From the NCBI GenBank assembly GCA_965226875.1, contig OZ245439.1, positions 3,601,817-3,665,816 of the forward strand: DNA of 64,000 nucleotides, written 5' to 3'. A program made the translations under genes and the position numbers. Origin of the DNA: Dehalococcoidia bacterium (GTDB taxonomy: Bacteria; Chloroflexota; Dehalococcoidia; Lucifugimonadales; UBA3495). Below, piece after piece: positions 39,936 to 49,363 of this stretch. A model generated the notes under the pieces. It made no database searches. It worked only from the letters and a program-made list of their open reading frames with translations, and was not told the DNA's origin. How positions within the stretch are numbered: position 1 is the stretch's first letter; every line of letters starts with the position of its first letter.

Positions 39936-40253
39936 CTACTTCCACTCGGCGTCGGTGGGCCAGACGTTGCTGCTGCCCCGGGCCGCGCCCTGGATGCCCT
40001 CGACGCGGATGTCGGCGGTGGCGTCGCGGAACTTGATGAAGTGCGGCGCCTGCGTGTGGGCCTGGAAGGCGGCCTCGTCGTCATATACCTCGTAGAGCCA
40101 GACGCGATGGTCGTCCCCGGCGTCCTGGATTACGTCGAAGCGCCGGCAGCCCGGCTCGTCGTTCACCGACCCTATGGCGTCCGGGACGATGGCCTCCATA
40201 AACTGTTCCTTGCATCCCGGCTTGATCTGGAGGGGCGCAATGATTACGTACAT
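39936..40253 (-). CDS. ABM family protein, tandem paralogue of 39534..39854
   Basis: 105 aa: MYVIIAPLQIKPGCKEQFMEAIVPDAIGSVNDEPGCRRFDVIQDAGDDHRVWLYEVYDDEAAFQAHTQAPHF. Both paralogues end ...AARGS(T/S)NVWP(P/T)DAEWK. Confidence 0.8.
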   Translation of the reverse strand: MYVIIAPLQIKPGCKEQFMEAIVPDAIGSVNDEPGCRRFDVIQDAGDDHRVWLYEVYDDEAAFQAHTQAPHFIKFRDATADIRVEGIQGAARGSSNVWPTDAEWK

Positions 40254-40401
40254 TCGTCAGTCTCCTTGTAATAGGCTGAATCGTTAGCATCGTACATTAT
40301 GGCATCCCGATTCTCAATCTAAAGCCTCCCCATGACGCCCCACTCCGGGCGTGTTACCATTCCCGAAAGTCCACACAGAACTGGAGCAAGGAGGCAGCGC
40401 C

Positions 40402-41856
40402 ATGCCAGCCAGAACCGGGGCGGAGTACATCGCCAACCTGAAGGAGAATGGGCCGGAGGTCTACCTGCACGGCGAGCGGGTCAAGGACGTCACCACCCAT
40501 CCGGCGCTGCGGGGAGGCGTGGAGTCGCTGGCACGGCTCTACGATATGCAGCACAACCCGGCCATCCGAGACGAGATGACCTACGTGTCGCCCACCACCG
40601 GCGACCGCGTCGGCACGTCGTTCATCATGCCGCGCACCATGGAGGACCTGGAGGCCCGGCGGGTGATGATGCGCCACTGGGCCCGGGCCACCTTCGGGAT
40701 GATGGGCCGCAGCCCCGACTTTATGAACGTTAACATCATGGCGATGGCCGCCGCCGGCGACTACTTTGCCCAGAACCGCCCGGAGTTCAAGGACAACATC
40801 AACAGCTACTACGAGCACGTCCGCGAGAATGACCTGGTGCTGACCCACACGCTGCTCAACCTGCAACGCAGCCGCACGCCCGGCGCAACGCCGCTGGAGG
40901 ACCGCACCGACATCGCCCTCCAGGTGGAGAAGGAGACCGACGCCGGCATCATCGTCAACGGCGCCCGGGTGCTGGCTACGCTGGCCCCGCTGTCCGAGGA
41001 GATCGCGCTGTATCCCACCACGTCGCACCAGCTTCCGGGGCAGGCGCCGGAACGCTACTCCTTTGCCTTCGCCGTCGCCAACAACACGCCTGGGCTGCGC
41101 TACCAGTGCCGCGAGAGCTTCGACTTCGAGCGCTCCCACTTCGACCATCCGCTGGGTTCGAGGTTCGAGGAAATTGACGCGGTGGCCTTCTTCGACCACG
41201 TTTTCGTGCCGTGGGAGAATGTGTTCCTGCTGGGCGACGTGGAGCTGTGCAACAACCTGCAACAGGCCACCAACCGCCACCTGCACTCGGGGCACCAGGT
41301 GGTCACCAAGAACGTCGCCAAGTGCGAGTTCGTGCTGGGCCTGGCGACGCTGATGACCGAGACGCTGGGCTCGTCGCAACAGCAGCAGGCGCAGCAGATG
41401 ATCGCCGAGATTATCGAGAACCTGGAGGTCACCAAGGCCTGTCTGCGGGCCGCCGAGGCCGACGCCGAGGTGGACCAGTGGGGCGTGATGGCCCCGGCCG
41501 AGCTGCCCCTGCAAGCCGCCCGCAACCTGTTCATACGGATGTACCCGCGCATGGGCGAGATTATCCACCTGCTGGGCTCCAGCAGCCTGATGGCCCTGCC
41601 CACCGAGGCCGACCTGGAGGGCCCGCTGGCCGAGGAAATCAACCGCTACCTTGAAACCGACTCTGCGTCGGCCCGCGACCGAGTGCGGCTGTTCCGGCTG
41701 GCCTGGGATATGTCGTGCAGCGCCTTCGGAGCGCGGCAGATACTCTATGAGCGCTTCTTCCAGGCCGATTCCGTCCGCAACGCCATCATCCTCTACAACA
41801 TGAAAGACCGCCAGCCCCACGCCGACTGGGTGCGCCAGTTCCTGGAACAGGAGTAG
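40402..41856 (+). CDS. 4-hydroxyphenylacetate 3-monooxygenase oxygenase-component family protein (HpaB-like)
   Basis: MPARTGAEYIANLKENGPEVYLHGERVKDVTTHPALRGGVESLARLYDMQH... ATG 40402 is preceded by AAGGAGG. No flavin reductase partner is visible in the window. Confidence 0.82.
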   Translation: MPARTGAEYIANLKENGPEVYLHGERVKDVTTHPALRGGVESLARLYDMQHNPAIRDEMTYVSPTTGDRVGTSFIMPRTMEDLEARRVMMRHWARATFGMMGRSPDFMNVNIMAMAAAGDYFAQNRPEFKDNINSYYEHVRENDLVLTHTLLNLQRSRTPGATPLEDRTDIALQVEKETDAGIIVNGARVLATLAPLSEEIALYPTTSHQLPGQAPERYSFAFAVANNTPGLRYQCRESFDFERSHFDHPLGSRFEEIDAVAFFDHVFVPWENVFLLGDVELCNNLQQATNRHLHSGHQVVTKNVAKCEFVLGLATLMTETLGSSQQQQAQQMIAEIIENLEVTKACLRAAEADAEVDQWGVMAPAELPLQAARNLFIRMYPRMGEIIHLLGSSSLMALPTEADLEGPLAEEINRYLETDSASARDRVRLFRLAWDMSCSAFGARQILYERFFQADSVRNAIILYNMKDRQPHADWVRQFLEQE

Positions 41857-41896
41857 CGGGGCTGCATTTCACTCACAGAAAACGAGGAGGAGAGCC

Positions 41897-42259
41897 ATGC
41901 CGGAACCGCGAGTAATCAAGTCCCACGAGGTGGAGCAGTTGCAGCGGGCCGAGGGCGTAACCGTTGCCAGCCACATCAACAAGGAGTTCGGAGCGACGGA
42001 GATTTCCAGCGGCATCACCAGTTTTGAGTCGGGCCGCTCCAACACCACCCACTACCACAACGCCGAGGAGTCGGTCATCGTAATCGAGGGCGAAGGCATC
42101 CTGCTGATCAACGGCGTGGAGCACCGCGTAAGCGTCAACGACGCCGCCTTCATCACCCCCGGCACACACCACCGCCTGATCAACACCGGCGAAGGCCCGT
42201 TCCGCATAGCCTGGTCGTATGCTACGGTGGACGTGTCGCGCACGCTGGTGGAGGATTAG
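41897..42259 (+). CDS. cupin domain protein
   Basis: 120 aa. Cupin motifs GRSNTTHYHNAEESVIVIEGEG and ITPGTHHRLINTG. AGGAGGAG upstream. Confidence 0.8.
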   Translation: MPEPRVIKSHEVEQLQRAEGVTVASHINKEFGATEISSGITSFESGRSNTTHYHNAEESVIVIEGEGILLINGVEHRVSVNDAAFITPGTHHRLINTGEGPFRIAWSYATVDVSRTLVED

Positions 42260-42672
42260 GGGGCTGATACACCAGAGGGAGTGAGTGCGGAGTAATGCTG
42301 CTTCGGATTGCGGGGGAAGTGCTGTATCGGCTCTTTGTGGAAGCTCAATGGCTGGTAAACACCATCCAAGAGATTATTTTCCATCCCCTGTCGGCATCGT
42401 ATGTTGATACAACGGAATCAGTCCCTACTAAAGTAGACGAATCTGGTATCACCTCCCTTTCACAACCTGCTGATGGTTGGTTGAATAAAATCGCGGCAGC
42501 AGGGGGAACCTTTGTGGGCTCGCTCGGCAAAGCCTACTTTAGCTGACAGAGCTTAAAACGATGCACACAGGCCGCAATTTTAAGGGGTTGGGATAAGGTA
42601 AATCCATCTGTAGACTGCGAAATGCAAACCACGAGCGACTGCAAATTACTCCATGCTGCACCGATTTACCCC

Positions 42673-43137
42673 TTACTCCCCAACCTCCACGATCATCTCC
42701 ACCTCTACGGGTGAGCGTAGGGGGAGGCCGGCCATGCCTACGGCGGAGCGGGCGTGGCGGCCCTGGTCGCCGTAGAGGCTGACCAGCAGGTCGGAGGCGC
42801 CGTTGCCCACCACGAAGTGACGCTCGAAGTCCGGGTCGGCGTTGACCATCACCAGCAGCTTGACCACCCGCTTCACGCTGTCCAGGCTGCCGGTGGCGGC
42901 CTTGATGGCGGCCAGACAGTTCAGCATCGCCTGGCGGGCCGACTCGTAGCCCTGCTCCTCGGTCACGTCGCGGCCCACCTTGCCGGGGTTCAGGATGGAG
43001 CCATCGGGCATACGGGCTATGTGCCCCGCCACATACAGTAGGTTGCCGGTGCGCACAGACGACACAAAGTTGGCCACCGGCGCGTTGGGCTCGCTGAGCG
43101 ACAGCCCCATCTCCTGCAACTTATCTTCGACGGACAT
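42673..43137 (-). CDS. RidA/YjgF family protein
   Basis: MSVEDKLQEMGLSLSEPNAPVANFVSSVRTGNLLYVAGHIA...VEVEMIVEV. Start taken at ATG 43137, which has CAGGAGG upstream. Confidence 0.8.
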   Translation of the reverse strand: MSVEDKLQEMGLSLSEPNAPVANFVSSVRTGNLLYVAGHIARMPDGSILNPGKVGRDVTEEQGYESARQAMLNCLAAIKAATGSLDSVKRVVKLLVMVNADPDFERHFVVGNGASDLLVSLYGDQGRHARSAVGMAGLPLRSPVEVEMIVEVGE

Positions 43138-43248
43138 TTGCTGTCCTCCTGATTTATTAACCCCTGATTTATAAACCACAGAGAGCACAGAGGTTTTGAT
43201 TTATTTCTTCTCTGCGGTCTCTGTGTCCTCTTTAGGTGAGATTGACCG

Positions 43249-43632
43249 TTAACCGGGCAGGCGGACGATGGCCTCGACCTCGACCAGCAGCTCGGGGCGC
43301 ACCAGGGTGGAGACGCCGACGGTGGAGCTGGCGGGCGGGTTGGCGGGCCAAGTCTCCAGCCGCACCTTGGCATAGGCGGCATAGTCGTCCATGTTGGTCA
43401 GGAAGCAGGTAATCTTGGCCACGTCTTCCATGCGGCCGCCGGCAGCCTCGATGACGCCACGGATGTTGGCCATCACTTGCCGGGACTGGGCCTCGCAGCC
43501 CTCGGCCGCGTTTCCGTTGGCGTCCACGCCCACGTGTCCCGACACATACAGCATGTCGCCGACCCGCACACCGGGGGAGAGGTTGGGGTTGGGGGCCACT
43601 CCGGGGGGAATCACGGGCTGTCGTTCTGGCAT
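43249..43632 (-). CDS. RidA/YjgF family protein
   Basis: 127 aa: VRVGDMLYVSGHVGVDANGN...AKITCFLTNMDDYAAYAKV...PASSTVGVSTLVRPELLVEVEAI. Confidence 0.85.
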   Translation of the reverse strand: MPERQPVIPPGVAPNPNLSPGVRVGDMLYVSGHVGVDANGNAAEGCEAQSRQVMANIRGVIEAAGGRMEDVAKITCFLTNMDDYAAYAKVRLETWPANPPASSTVGVSTLVRPELLVEVEAIVRLPG

Positions 43633-43761
43633 GGCGGTCTCCTTTATATATTTGGGGTTGACGCAGAGGGCGCGGGGATTACACGGGGATTACACAGAGA
43701 GCGCAGAGTGTTTCGATGTGTCTCTGCGCTCCTGACGTTTTTCTAGGTATACGAGATGGTT

Positions 43762-46017
43762 TTATCGGGCAGAGGCAGCGACGCCGGAACGCTCGCGGTA
43801 TACGGAGATACAGCCCCGGATGCCCTCCAGCTTGGAGAACAGCTTGCCCAACTGCTCCATGCCGGTGGTGTGGACCGTGAGGGTCATGCTTACCTTGCCG
43901 TCCTCGTATCCCCCGGTGTTTACCGAGGCGATGTTCACTCCCTCTTCGGACACGTTCCGGGTCAAGTCGTTCAGCAGGCCGACGCGGTCGTAGGCGAGCA
44001 TGGTGATGCGAACCGGGTATAGGTTCTTTGTCTTGCCCCAGTCCACGGGAATGAACCGCTCCGGTTCGTCTTCCTGCTTGACGTTGGGACAGTCGCGCTT
44101 GTGCACCGTCACTCCCCGGGAGCGGGTGACGAAGCCGGTGATTTCGTCGCCGGGAATAGGATTGCAGCACGGGCCCATCCGGGTGAGCATATCGCCCACG
44201 CCCTGCACCGTGACGCCCGAAGTGGGGCTGGACAGGGGCAGGCCAGTACGCTTCTCGGCCAACGAAGGTTCCGGTTCCTGGCGGGCCTCGGCCAGCTTCT
44301 GGGCCAACTGGCTCTGGGAAACGCCACCGGAGCCCAGATTGGCCAGCAGGTCTTCGAGGGTGTCGTACTTGAAGAGGGCCAGGATTTCGCTGTCGGGGAA
44401 CTTCTGGTTGAGACGGTGAATTTCCCGGCGAAGTATCTCCCGGCCACGCTGGATGTTCACGCCGAGCTCCTGGCGGCGGAACCACAGGCGGATGCTCTGG
44501 CGGGCGTTGGCGGAACGGACGTAGCCGCGGTTGGGGTTGAGCCAGTCGAGGCTGGGGCCGCGGTCGGACTTGGTGTTCATGATTTCCACGGTGTCGCCGT
44601 TCTGCAACGTCGTGTCCAGCGACACCAGCTTGCCGTTGACCTTGGCCCCGACGCAACGGTGGCCCAACTCGGTGTGTATCTTATAGGCGAAGTCCACCGG
44701 CGTGGAGCCGGCGGTGAGTTCGACGATGCGTCCCTTGGGGGTGTAGACAAATACCTGGTCTCGGAAAATGTCCTGCTGGACTTTTTCGATAAACTCGGCT
44801 GTGCTGGTTACGTCTCGCTGCCACTCCAACAACTGCCGAAGCCCGCTCATCTTCTCTTCAAAGTTCCTGTCGCTGGAACTGCCTTCCTTGTAGCGCCAGT
44901 GAGCCGCCACGCCGTACTCGGCGGTCTCGTGGAATTCGTAGGTCTTTATCTGCACTTCCAGGTGATTGCCGCTGTCGCAGAGAACCGTGCTGTGCAGGGC
45001 CTGGTACATATTCTCTTTGGGGTTGGCGATGTAGTCATCGAACAGGCGGGGGATGGGATGCCATAGCTGATGAATCGCTCCCAGCGCCCGGTAGCAGTCG
45101 GCCTGCCCCTCCACCAGCACGCGCAGGGCAAAGAGGTCATATATGTCGCTCAGTTGCTTGCCATCGGCTTCGTACTTCTGAATCTTGCGATAGGTGCTGT
45201 ATATGTTCTTGGGGCGGCCCGACACTTCGGCCTTTATGTCCTCCGCCTCCAGCTTCTCCCGCAACTGTTCCGATACCTGGGCGACATACTCCTCCCGTTC
45301 CACCCGCCGCGCGGCCAGCATCCGGGAGATTTCGCGGTACTTGTCGATGTCCAGGTGACGCAAGGCCAGGTCGTCCAGTTGCCACTTGATTTCCCAGATG
45401 CCCAGGCGGTGGGCCAGCGGGGAATAAATGTCGAGGGTCTCCTGGGCGATGCGGCGCTGCTTCTCCGGCGGGAGGGCGTCCAGCGTCTTCATGTTGTGCA
45501 GCCGGTCGGCCAGCTTGATCAGGACGACGCGGATGTCCTCGGCCATGGCCACCAGCATCTTGCGCAGGTTCTCGGCGTAGAGGCTGTCGGGGTCGTCGGC
45601 GCCTTCGGGCATGGCGCTCAGCGGGTCGTGAATGCGGCCGTCCAGCCTGGTCAGCTTGGTGACGCCGTCCACCAGCTTGGCGATTTCCGGCCCGAACTTG
45701 CTGGAAAGCTCGTCCAGTGGCACATCACAGTCTTCCACCACGTCGTGAAGCAGCGACGCGGCGATAGTCTGCTCGTCCAGGCGAAGGTCGGAGAGGTAGA
45801 GGGCGATTTCCAGAGGATGGGCGATGTAGGGTTCGCCGGACTTCCGCAACTGTCCTTCGTGACAGCGTTCGGCGAAGTGATATGCGTCCCTGATGAGGTT
45901 GGTGGCATTCTCCGGCAGGTAGTCCGACACCTGCTCCAGAAGTCGGTCAATTACTTCCTCAGTCGCTACCCCAAGGCCGATACCCCCGTGTGTTGAATTC
46001 AACCGAAGGCTCGTCAC
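43762..46017 (-). CDS. rel: bifunctional (p)ppGpp synthetase/hydrolase (RelA/SpoT homologue)
   Basis: 751 aa. HD hydrolase motifs (AHPLEIALYL, LLHDVVED), synthetase domain (RPKNIYSTYRKI...DLFALRVLV), then TGS and ACT regions. Confidence 0.93.
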   Translation of the reverse strand: MTSLRLNSTHGGIGLGVATEEVIDRLLEQVSDYLPENATNLIRDAYHFAERCHEGQLRKSGEPYIAHPLEIALYLSDLRLDEQTIAASLLHDVVEDCDVPLDELSSKFGPEIAKLVDGVTKLTRLDGRIHDPLSAMPEGADDPDSLYAENLRKMLVAMAEDIRVVLIKLADRLHNMKTLDALPPEKQRRIAQETLDIYSPLAHRLGIWEIKWQLDDLALRHLDIDKYREISRMLAARRVEREEYVAQVSEQLREKLEAEDIKAEVSGRPKNIYSTYRKIQKYEADGKQLSDIYDLFALRVLVEGQADCYRALGAIHQLWHPIPRLFDDYIANPKENMYQALHSTVLCDSGNHLEVQIKTYEFHETAEYGVAAHWRYKEGSSSDRNFEEKMSGLRQLLEWQRDVTSTAEFIEKVQQDIFRDQVFVYTPKGRIVELTAGSTPVDFAYKIHTELGHRCVGAKVNGKLVSLDTTLQNGDTVEIMNTKSDRGPSLDWLNPNRGYVRSANARQSIRLWFRRQELGVNIQRGREILRREIHRLNQKFPDSEILALFKYDTLEDLLANLGSGGVSQSQLAQKLAEARQEPEPSLAEKRTGLPLSSPTSGVTVQGVGDMLTRMGPCCNPIPGDEITGFVTRSRGVTVHKRDCPNVKQEDEPERFIPVDWGKTKNLYPVRITMLAYDRVGLLNDLTRNVSEEGVNIASVNTGGYEDGKVSMTLTVHTTGMEQLGKLFSKLEGIRGCISVYRERSGVAASAR

Positions 46018-46194
46018 TGCACTGTTGCTCTCGCCGGAAGGGAGGTTGAAGAGAGGCAGATTCGTACCCTTTTTATGCCATGCCCGTTACAGGATAATTA
46101 GCTTGATTCTACTCCCTTTCCCGTCAAATTGCCATTGCCCTTCACTTCTATGCAGGGTCTTTCGATTCTTGAACCGAGAGAATAACATGAGGAA

Positions 46195-46848
46195 ATGGAG
46201 GAAAGAATTGAAAATCTAGGGTCCAGGTTGGTGAAGGCCTTCGAACAAGTGCCGGACCCCCGCAGTCCTTTGGGAAGACGCCATAGCTTGCCCGCGATTC
46301 TAACCCTGGCGGTCTGTGCCATGCTGGCCAACTGCCACAGCCTCTACGCCATTCACCAATGGGGCCGGGAGCATGGCGATTTGGCTCCCAGGCTGGGTTT
46401 CAAAGGGAGCAAGACCCCGGCGGTATCCACTTTGCATCTGGTCTTCAAACGGTTGGACCGGGAGGCTTTCGAGACGGCGCTCCAGGAGTGGGCCCAGGAG
46501 GAATTGGGCGACCGGGCGCAGGCGGTGGCCATTGACGGGAAAAGTCTGCGGGGCATTCATGGCGAGGAACTGCCTGGGGTGCATCTGGTGGCGCTATATG
46601 GGCAGCAACTGGGCCTGACCCTGGCTCAAAAGGGGGGTAGGGGAGAAGGAAGCGGAGTTGAGCGTGGCGCCGGAACTGTTGGGCCAGGTTGATCTGGCCG
46701 GTTGGGTGGTAACTGGGGACGCCCTGTATGCCCAGAAGAACCTGAGTCGGCAGGTGGTGGAGCAAGGCGGTGACTATTTCTGGGTGGTGAAGGATAACCA
46801 GCCTACCCTGCGGGCCGATATTGCCCTGCTGTTTGCCGAACCACCCTA
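46195..46848 (+). pseudogene. ISAs1-family (H-repeat-associated) transposase remnant: frameshifted and 3'-truncated
   Basis: FEQVPDPRSPLGRRHSLPAILTLAVCAML...AIDGKSLRG...LVALYGQQLGLTLAQKG. The frame changes in the A4G6 run at about 46628. It continues ...APELLGQVDLAGWVVTGDALYAQKNLSRQVVEQGGDYFWVVKDNQPTL and ends at the IS5-family insertion. Confidence 0.75.
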
Positions 46849-47704
46849 GGGGGTGTCGTCAAAGTAATTTAGTCCAAATCGCCATGGCCCGAATCTGGCA
46901 GATGGCCAGGTAAGAAAGGGAGTTCTTGGCATACCGGGTCGCCACTCCCCGCCACTGCTTGAACTCCAGGAAACCGTTCTCCACCAAATGCCGCAACTTG
47001 TACAGCGCCCGGTCGTAGTCCCGCTTTTCCTTCCGGTTGCTCTTGGGCGGTATCACCGGATTCATCCCCCGGGCCGAGGCCCCGGCCACGATTTCATTGG
47101 TGTCATAGGCTTTGTCCGCCAGCAGGTGTTCCGCCTTGATGCCCTCAATCAGGGGCAGCGCTTGGGAGCAGTCAGCCACAGTGCCTGCGGTCACCGCCAG
47201 CCTTACCGGCATTCCGTGGGAGTCCACCGCCAGGTGCAGCTTGCTGTTGAGCCCCCTTTTGTGCGGGCAATGGCTTGGTTGCCGCCCCGGGCCCCGGCGC
47301 TGTGGGGATGGGCCTTGATGTAGCTGGCGTCAATCATCAGCCATTCATAATCAGGGTCATCCATCACCGCCTCCAGCAGCCCGGCCCAGACGTTCCGGTC
47401 CCGCCAGCGGCAGAAGCGGCGGTGGGTGTTCTTCCAGTCCCCGTAGTCCGGGGGCAGATCCCGCCAGGGGGCGCCGGTGCGCAAAATCCAGAACACAGCG
47501 TTGATGAAACGGCGGTTATCTTGGGCCGGCCGGCCTGTCTTGCCCTTGCCGCCGGGGAGAAGGGGTTCCAAGATTTCCCATACCCGGTCTGAAATATCGT
47601 GGCGCCGGTGCGCCGGGGCTACGGCTACTGCTGGCATTGCCCAATCCTGCTGTACTAATTGCAATATCAGCTTATTATCACACTCTCACTTTGACGACAC
47701 CCCC
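46849..47704 (-). mobile_element. IS5-family insertion sequence (IS427-like, orfA/orfB with -1 frameshift), 856 bp, TA duplication
   Basis: 17-bp perfect terminal inverted repeats GGGGGTGTCGTCAAAGT (46849-46865 and reverse at 47688-47704). TA occurs at 46847-48 and 47705-06. Confidence 0.88.
46859..47664 (-). CDS. IS5-family transposase (two frames joined by a probable programmed -1 frameshift at AAAAGGGGG near 47220)
   Basis: orfA reads ...RFINAVFWILRTGAPWRDLPPDYGDWKNTHRRFCRW. orfB reads KGGLNSKLHLAVDSHGMPVRLAVTAGTVADCSQA...LLADKAYD...YKLRHLVENGFLEFKQWRGVATRY. Confidence 0.85.
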
Positions 47705-47706
47705 TA

Positions 47707-48209
47707 AAAAGAACGAGGTCAAGCTGGAAAGAAGGTTCAGCGCAACCGTCGGGGAGAAGTACCTGGCGAACATTTGCACCGGCTGCGACCAGATGCAGGG
47801 GAACTGGTTCTTGCACATGGACCCCTTTCACAACAGGTTCAATCTCTTCAGAACCGAAAGGCAGAATTACGGCCCCTGCGATAAGTGTGCTACTTACCAC
47901 TGCCTGACCCACGGGGAGTATCTGGATTACAGAGGAACCAATCAATGCCCGGTCTGCCTGGAAGAAGCCGAAAGGGTCATGTGTCCCAACAACCCGGACC
48001 GGGAGTGCTTCTACCCCGACCGGTGCCAGCAGAACGGGTGTTACTTCGTCAACCGGGACCAGCAGCGACAACTTGAACAGCAGGAGTGGGAGCGACAGCA
48101 ACAGGAGCTTCGGGAGCAAAAAGAGCGGAAGAATCGGCAAGAACAGGAACAGAGGCAACAGGAGTGGATAGAACTCAACGAATGGTTCCGTAGACAGAAG
48201 AATCAGTAA
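47707..48209 (+). CDS. Cys-rich protein fragment with Gln/Glu-rich C-terminal coiled coil (no in-frame start before the IS boundary)
   Basis: ...YLANICTGCDQMQGNWFLH...GPCDKCATYHC...NQCPVCLEE...MCPNNPDRECFYPDRCQQNGC... then QQRQLEQQEWERQQQELREQKERKNRQEQEQRQQEW. The reading frame is open from the IS5 end. I recognise no family. Confidence 0.3.
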
Positions 48210-48248
48210 GCCCTACCAAAAAGGGAAAGACGACATCCCCACCGCCAC

Positions 48249-49232
48249 CTACCTTCGCCAAATCCCCAGCGTGATAACCCGCCGTACCCAGCGCAGCCGT
48301 TCCAGTCTAGCCCGCTTACGCCGGATTCCAGCCAGTTCCCGATGCCGCCAGCCCAGTTGCGTGTTGCGGTCCAGGCCCTTCAGAGGCGCGGTCTCCCGGG
48401 GGAGGGTCAGGCCGTGCTCATCCAGCATGGCCACCTCCAGCTCCGGAATCCGCTGGCGCGCTGACACCCAGGCCAGGCCCCGGCCAGTGGGTGGATGCGA
48501 GTCCCACAGCGTGCGCCACTCCTTAATCAGCAGATACGCGGCTCCGTAGACCTCCTCGTCGTAATCACCCGGCTCCCGCGCCACCACGTCGTTATGACGC
48601 CGCTGAGACCTCGGCCTGGCCGCCCTGGCACCGCCGGGCGCATTAGCGCCGACCCGCACAGATTCCAGCCGTTCCACCCGCCGCTCCAGCCGGCGCAGGC
48701 CAGCGGCGAGTTCATCCCGCAGAGCCTCGACCGCCTCGCTATCCAAGCCGCCATTGCCAGCGCCCGTCCCCGCCAGCACCCGCTGCAACTGCCCCTCCAG
48801 CTCCGCCACCCGCTCCTCCAGCGCCCTGACCCGCTCCCTGTCCTGCCCGGACACCTCCACTGCCCGCTCCAACAGCATCCGCTCCAAAGCCCCGGCCAGG
48901 CGCGGCGACAACTCGCCCGCTCCCTGGCTGCGCCACAGGGTCTTGCGGTCCACGCCCAGCTCCTCCGCCGCCTTCACCGGCCCCAAGTCGTGCACCAGGT
49001 CGTTCAGCAACGCCCGCAGTCGCAACCCCCGCAGGCTCTCCAGGCTGGCGGTGCCATCCCCGGACTGTCCACACCGCTGCATCCGTACCACCTCCACTCT
49101 CGCGTTCCAAGAGGAACATTTCCTGTAGGGGGCTGGAACATCGCATCGCCCGCCGCCGCTTGCCACGCGAACCATTCCGTAGCTGGCCGTTGCCATTGGC
49201 CGTGGAACCAGCTCTTCCCTGAAGGTGTTCAC
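48249..49232 (-). CDS. hypothetical protein with HTH-like segment and long Arg/Glu-rich coiled coil
   Basis: GPVKAAEELGVDRKTLWR (HTH-like), then ERVRALEERVAELEGQLQ...LRRLERRVERLES. The start is uncertain (ATG 49232 or 49082). Confidence 0.45.
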   Translation of the reverse strand: MNTFREELVPRPMATASYGMVRVASGGGRCDVPAPYRKCSSWNARVEVVRMQRCGQSGDGTASLESLRGLRLRALLNDLVHDLGPVKAAEELGVDRKTLWRSQGAGELSPRLAGALERMLLERAVEVSGQDRERVRALEERVAELEGQLQRVLAGTGAGNGGLDSEAVEALRDELAAGLRRLERRVERLESVRVGANAPGGARAARPRSQRRHNDVVAREPGDYDEEVYGAAYLLIKEWRTLWDSHPPTGRGLAWVSARQRIPELEVAMLDEHGLTLPRETAPLKGLDRNTQLGWRHRELAGIRRKRARLERLRWVRRVITLGIWRR

Positions 49233-49363
49233 TGATTCGGCCCTTGTCCCCCTCGATTCCCCCGCTTCCAGCTACGGACACGACCGGCTCTGCCCCCTGG
49301 CCCCAAAGTCGAATCCCTGTACACGTCTATGACACCACGTCGGGGCCGTCCTGCGTCAGGTCT

